Shown here piece by piece: positions 57,024-64,000 of a stretch of 64,000 bases of DNA; the stretch's first letter is position 1, and each line of letters starts with the position of its first letter. The notes under the pieces are model-generated. The model searched no databases. It saw only the letters and a program-made list of their open reading frames with translations, and had not been told where the DNA came from. The stretch covers positions 94,606 to 158,605 of the forward strand of contig CAJWUI010000004.1 of NCBI GenBank assembly GCA_913047695.1, read 5' to 3'. The stretch is from an uncultured Bacteroidota bacterium. Its GTDB lineage: Bacteria; Bacteroidota; Bacteroidia; Flavobacteriales; Flavobacteriaceae. A program made the position numbers and the translations under genes.

Positions 57024-58357
57024 TGGACAAAAAAATAGCAGTTTTAGGTGCAGGTGAAAGTGGAGTTGGAGCAGCAATTTTAGGGAAAAAAAAGGGATAT
57101 GAGGTATTTCTTTCTGAGAAGGAAAATATCAATAAAGAACTTAAGAAACTTCTTTCTAAAGAAGGAATTAAATGGGAGTGTGGTCAACATTCAATAAAGA
57201 ATTTAATTTCGGCCGATTATGTTGTAAAAAGCCCTGGAATTCCATCGGATACCCCAATTATTAAATTGCTAAGAAAGAAGCGGAAAAATATAATTTCTGA
57301 AATTGAGTTCGCAGCATTACATACTTCTGCAATTTTGATTGGAATTACAGGTACGAACGGTAAAACTACAACTACACTTTTAACATATCATATACTGAAA
57401 GGAGCTGGTTTTAATGTTGGTATTGCAGGTAACATAGGAAAGAGTTTTTCTTTACAGGTTGCTAAAATGAATTATGATATATATGTACTTGAGATAAGTA
57501 GTTTTCAACTTGATGATATAAATAAATTTTCTCCTCACATTGCAGTAATTACAAATGTAACCCATGATCATTTGGATCGTTACAATTTTAAGTTTAAAAA
57601 TTATATAAGTGCCAAATTGAAAATTATTAAAAATCAATCTAAAAAAGACTTTTTTCTTTTCAATTCAGAAGATCCATTATTAATGGCAGCACTTAAAAAT
57701 GTAAAAATTAAATCAAAAAAAATTCCAATGTCTGAAACACCAATAAATGAGGGTGTATATATAGAAAATGAAAATTTTATTGTTAAACAAAAAGACAAAA
57801 AAACTATGATAAACTTTGCAAATTTTACTTTAAAAGGGCGACATAATTTGTTAAATGCTATGGCTGCATCTACAGTCGCAAGCATATTAGAAATTAGTAA
57901 AGATTCCATAAGGGACAGCCTAACCCACTTTAAAGGAGCCCCACACAGAATGGAAAAAGTACTTACCATTCAAAGAGTTGAATATATTAATGATTCTAAA
58001 GCAACAAATGTTAATGCCACTTTTTTTGCACTAGATAGTATATACACTCCTATAGTTTGGATTGTAGGAGGAGTTGATAAAGGTAATTTTTATGAGTCTC
58101 TTTTGCCATTGGTAAGAAAAAAAGTGAAAGCAATAATATGTATAGGGGTGAATAATGAGAAATTAAATAACACTTTTGAAAATATAGTTGAAATTTTCGT
58201 AGAAACCCAATCAATGATTGAAGCAGTGAAAATAGCAAATAGGATAGCATTAGCTAGAGATACTGTCCTACTTTCGCCGGCTTGCTCAAGTTTTGACTTA
58301 TTTAAGGATTTTAAAGATAGAGGTAATCAATTTAAAAAAGCAGTAAGAAATTTGTAA
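57020..58357 (+). CDS. murD: UDP-N-acetylmuramoylalanine--D-glutamate ligase
   Basis: N-terminal ..[12 protein letters not shown].. and P-loop [11 protein letters not shown]. Dcw position after mraY. Confidence 0.9.
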   Translation: MMDKKIAVLGAGESGVGAAILGKKKGYEVFLSEKENINKELKKLLSKEGIKWECGQHSIKNLISADYVVKSPGIPSDTPIIKLLRKKRKNIISEIEFAALHTSAILIGITGTNGKTTTTLLTYHILKGAGFNVGIAGNIGKSFSLQVAKMNYDIYVLEISSFQLDDINKFSPHIAVITNVTHDHLDRYNFKFKNYISAKLKIIKNQSKKDFFLFNSEDPLLMAALKNVKIKSKKIPMSETPINEGVYIENENFIVKQKDKKTMINFANFTLKGRHNLLNAMAASTVASILEISKDSIRDSLTHFKGAPHRMEKVLTIQRVEYINDSKATNVNATFFALDSIYTPIVWIVGGVDKGNFYESLLPLVRKKVKAIICIGVNNEKLNNTFENIVEIFVETQSMIEAVKIANRIALARDTVLLSPACSSFDLFKDFKDRGNQFKKAVRNL

Positions 58358-58360
58358 CTA

Positions 58361-59545
58361 ATGTTAGAATTATTAAAAGGAGATAAGGTTTTGTGGGGTA
58401 TATTGGCATTATTGGCAATATTTTCATTTTTACCAATTTTTAGTTCAAGTACCAATTTAGTTTATGTTGTCGGCAAGGGCACCCCCTGGGGGTATTTCTT
58501 CAAGCATTTTATTATAATAGCGGTGGGATTCTTGTTGATGTTTTCAATTCATAAAATACCATATGACTATTTCAAGGGGATTTCAATCCTTATGATTCCT
58601 GTTGTCATACTTTTACTCATATATACTTTATCTCAGGGAACATTAATTTCTGGTGCTAATGCAAGCAGATGGATTAAAATTCCTATTATAGGTGTAAGTT
58701 TTCAAACTTCAACTTTTGCGTCAGTAGTCTTAATGGTTTATTCTGCTAGATATCTATCAAAATTAAAAACAGAAAAACTAAGTTTTAAAAGTTCATTTTT
58801 ACAATTTTGGTTTCCCGTATTTATTATTGTCCTTTTGATTTTACCTTCAAATCTATCAACAGCTATTCTTTTATTTAGCATGGTTTTAATGTTAGCTTAT
58901 TTAGCATGCTATCCTATAAAATATCTTGTCAGTGTTATAATTTTTGGATTAATATCTTTATTTATTTTTATAAGTATTGCTAAGACTTTTCCAGAAATTT
59001 TTCCCAACAGAATTGATACTTGGGTAAATAGAATTGAAAATTTTAAGACTGGTGAAAGCAGTGATGGAAATTATCAATTATCTAGAGCAAAAACTGCGAT
59101 AATAAGCGGTAAAATTTTTGGACTAGGAGCTGGAAAAAGTAGGATGAAAAATTTTTTACCACAAAGTTCCTCTGATTTCATTTATGCAATTATTGTAGAA
59201 GAATTTGGACTCGTTGGGGGTACTGCACTTATTTTACTATATCTTTTGTTATTGTATAGGATAGTGGTAATTTCTTACAAGGCAAAAAGCTCGTTTGGTA
59301 AATTGACTGTAATTGGCTTAGGAATCCCAATAATAACTCAAGCATTTGTTAATATTGGTGTAGCCCTTGAAGTCCTTCCAGTTACAGGCCAAAATCTTCC
59401 AATGATAAGTAGTGGCGGGACATCAGCTTGGGTAACCTGCATAGCAATGGGAATTATTTTAAGCGTTAGTTCCAATGTTAAATCTAATTATGATCTGAAA
59501 GTTGAAAATAATAATCCTTTAATAGTTTTAAGTGAAATCCCATAA
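58361..59545 (+). CDS. ftsW: SEDS-family peptidoglycan glycosyltransferase FtsW
   Basis: ~10-TM protein with ..SDFIYAIIVEEFGLVGG.. and ..PVTGQNLPMISSGGTS... Confidence 0.9.
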   Translation: MLELLKGDKVLWGILALLAIFSFLPIFSSSTNLVYVVGKGTPWGYFFKHFIIIAVGFLLMFSIHKIPYDYFKGISILMIPVVILLLIYTLSQGTLISGANASRWIKIPIIGVSFQTSTFASVVLMVYSARYLSKLKTEKLSFKSSFLQFWFPVFIIVLLILPSNLSTAILLFSMVLMLAYLACYPIKYLVSVIIFGLISLFIFISIAKTFPEIFPNRIDTWVNRIENFKTGESSDGNYQLSRAKTAIISGKIFGLGAGKSRMKNFLPQSSSDFIYAIIVEEFGLVGGTALILLYLLLLYRIVVISYKAKSSFGKLTVIGLGIPIITQAFVNIGVALEVLPVTGQNLPMISSGGTSAWVTCIAMGIILSVSSNVKSNYDLKVENNNPLIVLSEIP

Positions 59546-60614
59546 GTTTATTATATCAGGTGGTGGCACGGGTGGTCATATCTATCCGGCTCTAGCAATT
59601 GCCAATGGAATTAAGGACAATTATAAAAATCCAAAAATACTATTTGTTGGGGCTAGAGGGAAAATGGAAATGGATAAAATACCAGAACAAGGTTATCCAA
59701 TTGTAGGACTTTGGATTAGCGGAATTAAAAGGTCGCTATCACTATCTAATTTATTGTTTCCTTTTAAATTATTTATAAGTTTAATACACTCTTCACTAAT
59801 TATCAGAAAATTTAAACCCGATTTGATTATTGGAACTGGCGGATTTGCAAGTGGTCCACTTCTACAAGTTGCTGCATGGTTAAATTATCCAACTCTTATT
59901 CAAGAACAAAACTCTTATCCAGGAATTACTAATCGTATTTTGGGAAAAAATGTAGACCGTATTTGTGTAGCTTTTGATTGTATGGAGAAATTCTTTCCTC
60001 AATCCAAAATTCGAATCACAGGAAATCCAATCAGAGATTATATTGTTAAAATTAAATCAAACAAAATTTCAAAAAATTTTTTTGATTTGGATTTAGATAA
60101 GAAAACTTTAGTAATTATTGGAGGTAGTCTTGGCTCTGAATGTATTAACAACCTAATTAAATCTGAATTAGAATATATAAAGAGTTTTGGACTTCAAATT
60201 ATATGGCAATGTGGATCTCTTTATTATGAGAAGTTTAAGTCATTAAGTTCAAAAAAAGTAATAATAAAACCTTTCATTAATCATATTGACCACTTGTATG
60301 GTGCAGCTGACTTCATAATATCCCGTGCTGGAGCTGGAAGTATCTCTGAATTAAGTTGTGTTGCTAAACCGTCATTGCTTATTCCTTCGCCAAATGTTTC
60401 TGAAAATCACCAATTACATAATGCTAGGGTTTTAGCAAAAAAAAAAGCTATTCTACTTATTCAAGAGAAGGATCTTGATAAAAAGTTCAAAGCTATTTTT
60501 TCACAACTTGTGATGGACAAAAGAATGCAAAAAGAAATGATAAAAAATTTGAAAAGTTTCGCTTTACCTGATGCTACAAAAAATATTATAAAAGAAATCA
60601 AAGATATTTTATGA
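59532..60614 (+). CDS. murG: UDP-N-acetylglucosamine--N-acetylmuramyl-(pentapeptide) pyrophosphoryl-undecaprenol GlcNAc transferase (GTG start)
   Basis: ..ISGGGTGGHIYPALA.. and ..SRAGAGSISEL... Confidence 0.9.
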   Translation: MKSHKFIISGGGTGGHIYPALAIANGIKDNYKNPKILFVGARGKMEMDKIPEQGYPIVGLWISGIKRSLSLSNLLFPFKLFISLIHSSLIIRKFKPDLIIGTGGFASGPLLQVAAWLNYPTLIQEQNSYPGITNRILGKNVDRICVAFDCMEKFFPQSKIRITGNPIRDYIVKIKSNKISKNFFDLDLDKKTLVIIGGSLGSECINNLIKSELEYIKSFGLQIIWQCGSLYYEKFKSLSSKKVIIKPFINHIDHLYGAADFIISRAGAGSISELSCVAKPSLLIPSPNVSENHQLHNARVLAKKKAILLIQEKDLDKKFKAIFSQLVMDKRMQKEMIKNLKSFALPDATKNIIKEIKDIL

Positions 60615-61948
60615 AAACAAACTTCCAACACACATATTTTTTTATTGGCATTGGAGGTGTTGGGATGTCAGCACTTGCGAGACTTTGTTTTAATTTAAGA
60701 CACGAAGTATATGGATATGATAGATATTCCTCTGATATCACGAAAGAACTAATTGCAGAAGGAATTAAAGTTATTCATGACAATTCTTTGGATGCTTTGC
60801 CAGACTTTTTGTTTAAAAAACATGTTAGAGTAATTTATTCCTCTGCAATAGCATTAAGCCATCCTCAGTTAATGTTTTATATTAAGCAGGGAAATATAGT
60901 TATGAAACGTTCAGAGTTTCTAGCCTTGTTATGTAAGAATAAAAGAACCCTGGCAGTAGCTGGTACACACGGTAAGACTACAACATGCTTAATTCTGACA
61001 CACATTTTTTTGAAAACTAAAAAATCATTTACATCTTTAGTAGGAGGATTCCTTGAGAATAATACCTCTAACTTAATAAAAACCGGATTAGATACATTTA
61101 TTGTTGAAGCAGATGAATATGATAGATCTTTTTTACAATTATATCCAACTTTTGCTTGTATTACGTCTATAGATCCAGACCATTTGGATGTATACAAGAC
61201 AAAAAAAGAATTTATAAATGCATTTATTCAATTTTCAAACCAAGTTGACAATGAGTTAATCTTTTCTCATGGACTCCCTTTTAATGGAATTACATTTGGA
61301 ATTGATGTTTCTGCTGATTATCGAGCAACAAACTTGAAGAAAGTCAAGCATGGGTATAGATTTGATTTAAATACTCCCAATGATAAATTTAATGGTATTC
61401 GCTTAAATTTAATTGGAAGGCACAATGTTATGAATACAATTGCTGCAATAGCAATGGCTGAACAAACAGGTTTAAAAACATGTGATTTTATTTCTACTTT
61501 GGAAAACTTTCCTGGGGTTTATCGAAGAATGAATATTTACCAATTGAATGATTCCATAATTATTGATGATTACGCACATCATCCATCCGAAATTCAGAGC
61601 ATATACAATACTATTAGGAACTTTTATCCATCTTATAAAAATTGTGTTGTCTTCCAACCACATTTATATTCAAGAACTAGGGACTTTATGAAAGAATTCT
61701 CGTTTGTGTTAAGCAAGTTTGATGAGGTAATTTTGTTAGATATATACCCAGCAAGAGAGGAGCCTATTGAAGGGATAAATTCAAAAATTTTATTGGATAA
61801 TATATCTCAAAGGAAAAAGCGATTAATGGAAAAAACAAAAATTAATTCGCTAATTAAAGAAAGTGAGCCTAAAATTTTTGCTATTCTAGGGGCAGGTGAT
61901 ATTGGACTTGAAGTTAAAAAGTTAAATCTTGAAAAAATCAAAAATTGA
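60611..61948 (+). CDS. murC: UDP-N-acetylmuramate--L-alanine ligase
   Basis: ..FIGIGGVGMSALA.., P-loop AGTHGKTTT, ..DDYAHHPSEI... Confidence 0.9.
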   Translation: MKTNFQHTYFFIGIGGVGMSALARLCFNLRHEVYGYDRYSSDITKELIAEGIKVIHDNSLDALPDFLFKKHVRVIYSSAIALSHPQLMFYIKQGNIVMKRSEFLALLCKNKRTLAVAGTHGKTTTCLILTHIFLKTKKSFTSLVGGFLENNTSNLIKTGLDTFIVEADEYDRSFLQLYPTFACITSIDPDHLDVYKTKKEFINAFIQFSNQVDNELIFSHGLPFNGITFGIDVSADYRATNLKKVKHGYRFDLNTPNDKFNGIRLNLIGRHNVMNTIAAIAMAEQTGLKTCDFISTLENFPGVYRRMNIYQLNDSIIIDDYAHHPSEIQSIYNTIRNFYPSYKNCVVFQPHLYSRTRDFMKEFSFVLSKFDEVILLDIYPAREEPIEGINSKILLDNISQRKKRLMEKTKINSLIKESEPKIFAILGAGDIGLEVKKLNLEKIKN

Positions 61949-62658
61949 AAAAGAATAAACACATCTTATTTTTAATATCAATGTGTCTGCTTTTTGTTAC
62001 ATGCTTATGTGTTTCAAATATTAATCATGGTTTAAAAAAAGTATTGAAGCTTGAAATATTGCACACACACAGACCACTATTTTTGAAAGACTCTTTAGTT
62101 AATAAATTGTTAACACAAAATCTATCCAACAAGTTAGTCATGAGTAAAGATAGTTTAGATTTGAATTTACTTGAAAATCAGATGAGTAGTATACCTGAGA
62201 TCAAAAATGTTCAAACTTATATAACTCTTGAAAATAAATTATTTTTAAGCATCACCGAACGAGAGCCACTTTTTAAAGTGGAATCGTCACCACCAAGATT
62301 TTCTGATTTGAATGGAAAACTGTTTAGATTTAAAACAATTGACTCTTTATATATCCCATCTTTAGAGACGAGTTCTTCAACAATATCAATTAGTTTAACA
62401 GCCAAATTTATAAAAAAGCTCTTAGCGGATCCATTTTTAAATAGAGAGCTTGAAAAAGTTTATTTGAAAAATAATAAGTATCAAATAAAATTAAAGTCTT
62501 ACAACTTTAAAATAATTTTTGGAAAACCTACAAGAATTGCTAAAAAAATTAAAAAACTGAAAGTATTTTGTACACTTATCAATGATAAGGATAGTATAAA
62601 CAATTATACAAATATTAATCTGAGCTACATGAAGCAAATCGTAGCATTAACCTCATGA
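61945..62658 (+). CDS. ftsQ: Cell division protein FtsQ-like (TTG start)
   Basis: Bitopic protein with an N-terminal TM segment, in the canonical position between murC and ftsA. Sequence conservation is weak, so this is mainly a positional call. Confidence 0.6.
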   Translation: MKKNKHILFLISMCLLFVTCLCVSNINHGLKKVLKLEILHTHRPLFLKDSLVNKLLTQNLSNKLVMSKDSLDLNLLENQMSSIPEIKNVQTYITLENKLFLSITEREPLFKVESSPPRFSDLNGKLFRFKTIDSLYIPSLETSSSTISISLTAKFIKKLLADPFLNRELEKVYLKNNKYQIKLKSYNFKIIFGKPTRIAKKIKKLKVFCTLINDKDSINNYTNINLSYMKQIVALTS

Positions 62659-63968
62659 TGTTTATGGAGCAATTAAATTTTTCAGTCGGACTTGACATTG
62701 GTACTACTAAAATTGTTGCATTAGTAGGGAAAAAAAATGAATATAATAAAGTTGAAATTCTGGGTCTTGGAAAATCAAAGAGTCTCGGAGTGCACAGGGG
62801 AGTTGTAAACAATATAACTCAGACTATACAATCAATCCAGAAGGCCATTGATGATGCAAATTCTAATTCGGGGTGTGTTATTAATGATGTAGTTGTTGGT
62901 ATTGCTGGTCAACATATAAGGAGTATTCAACACAGTGATTATATTACAAGAGAAAATCCTGAATCAGTTATAAACGATGAAGATATCCAAAGATTGATTC
63001 AGCAAGTGTATAAATTGGTAATGCTACCAGGGGAAGAAATCATACATGTATTACCTCAAGAATATAAAGTCGATGGGCAAGGCGAAATAAAGGAGCCTAT
63101 AGGAATGCACGGTGGTAGATTAGAAGCTAATTTTCACGTAGTTGTTGGTCAGGTCTCATCAATTAAAAATATTGGCAGATGTATAAAAAGTGCTGGTTTG
63201 AGTATGGCTAGTATTACTCTTGAACCTTTAGCTTCCTCTAAAGCAGTATTAAGTTTTGAAGAAAAAGAAGCTGGTGTTGCACTTATAGACATAGGTGGAG
63301 GTACAACAGATCTAGCAATTTTCAAAGATGGTATTATAAGACATACAGCAGTAATACCATATGGTGGAAATGTAATTACTGAGGACATAAAAGAGGGTTG
63401 CTCAATCATTGAAAAACAAGCCGAATTGCTTAAGATAAAATTTGGATCTGCATGGCCAGGAGAAAATCGTGACACTGAGATTGTCTCTATACCAGGATTA
63501 CAAGGACGTGACCCAAAAGAAATTTCATTAAAAACTCTCTCAAAAATTATAAATGCTCGAGTTGTTGAGATTATTGAACAAGTTTTTTTAGAAATTAAAA
63601 ATTACGGACACAGTGACCAGAAAAAGAAGTTGATAGCTGGAATAGTTTTGACTGGTGGGGGTAGTCAACTTAAACACCTTAAACAACTTGTAGAATATGT
63701 TACAGGAATGGATACTCGTGTTGGATATCCTAGTGAACATCTCGCTGGAAGTACTATTGATACAGTATCTAGTCCACTTTTTGCTACTTCGGTTGGTTTA
63801 CTGATGAACGCTCTTGAAGACATATTGACAGAAAAAAATGAAAGTAATTATCAAAATAAAGTTTCTCATTTAGAAAACGAACAAAAAAAAGATAAGTTTT
63901 CAAAACAAAGAAAATCGATTTTAGACCGTTTTGGAGATAAACTTAAAGAATTTTTAGACAATGCTTAA
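62655..63968 (+). CDS. ftsA: Cell division protein FtsA (actin-like ATPase)
   Basis: ..GLDIGTTKIVALVG.., ..DIGGGTTDLAIF.., ..LTGGGSQLKHL... Confidence 0.9.
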   Translation: MMFMEQLNFSVGLDIGTTKIVALVGKKNEYNKVEILGLGKSKSLGVHRGVVNNITQTIQSIQKAIDDANSNSGCVINDVVVGIAGQHIRSIQHSDYITRENPESVINDEDIQRLIQQVYKLVMLPGEEIIHVLPQEYKVDGQGEIKEPIGMHGGRLEANFHVVVGQVSSIKNIGRCIKSAGLSMASITLEPLASSKAVLSFEEKEAGVALIDIGGGTTDLAIFKDGIIRHTAVIPYGGNVITEDIKEGCSIIEKQAELLKIKFGSAWPGENRDTEIVSIPGLQGRDPKEISLKTLSKIINARVVEIIEQVFLEIKNYGHSDQKKKLIAGIVLTGGGSQLKHLKQLVEYVTGMDTRVGYPSEHLAGSTIDTVSSPLFATSVGLLMNALEDILTEKNESNYQNKVSHLENEQKKDKFSKQRKSILDRFGDKLKEFLDNA

Positions 63969-64000
63969 TAATATGAAAGATGTATAACGAAGAAAATAAG

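Noticed and set aside
63980-64000. Possible start of ftsZ (ATG TAT AAC GAA GAA AAT AAG) just after ftsA
   Set aside because: Synteny makes ftsZ likely here, but only 7 codons are visible and none is diagnostic. An earlier ATG at 63973 hits a stop after 4 codons. This is too little sequence to support a feature call.
1-64000. Search for mobile elements, tRNA/rRNA genes, CRISPR arrays, toxin-antitoxin pairs and known defence genes
   Set aside because: No transposase, integrase or recombinase-like ORFs were seen. There are no GC-rich structured-RNA islands in the intergenic regions, no spacer-repeat arrays and no small paired ORFs of TA type. Apart from coding-sequence repeats, the only tandem DNA repeat is the 3 x 10-mer upstream of mraZ.

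Overview
Visibly AT-rich, tightly packed chromosomal window from a member of Bacteroidota, most likely a flavobacterium. This is supported by gldB, gldC, gldJ and porV, by TAnnTTTG-type -7 boxes, and by murF sitting next to gldJ rather than in the dcw cluster. The left 8.2 kb is the only clearly accessory segment. It holds two tandem minus-strand genes for giant repetitive surface proteins. One is complete at 1701 aa. The other has at least 998 aa, runs off the left edge and is missing from the supplied ORF track. Both are built from LamG/ConA-like, Ig-like, cadherin-like and thrombospondin-type-3 Ca-binding repeats, and the complete one ends in a T9SS type-B-like C-terminal sorting domain. 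The rest is core housekeeping: a DUF4212 / Na-solute symporter / acs acetate module, murF-gldJ facing porV, PDH E1alpha-E2, an SDR, a SprT-like protein, MlaFE-like ABC genes, a fabH-like gene, gcvP, an amidase, a rhodanese, an M3 peptidase, purEK, adk-obg, mpl, a HAD hydrolase, a MazG-like protein, aroA, queA, rlmN, ispB, dnaG, nadE, gldBC, engB, a hydrolase, and a complete dcw cluster from mraZ to ftsA. I found no rRNA, tRNA, CRISPR array, IS element, transposase, integrase, or recognisable toxin or defence system. The best candidate for something undescribed is the LamG-repeat adhesin pair, including a LamG domain nested inside an Ig-like repeat. Other points worth a second look: a perfect 3 x 10-bp GTGGT direct-repeat array (candidate MraZ operator) abutting a -7 box; a multiply disrupted orphan LuxR-type response regulator; a membrane-protein gene split at an A12 tract; a DnaG whose four zinc ligands are all substituted; and a duplicated lipoyl domain with 19 synonymous and 0 nonsynonymous differences. 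All family assignments come from motif recognition by eye. No database search was run.
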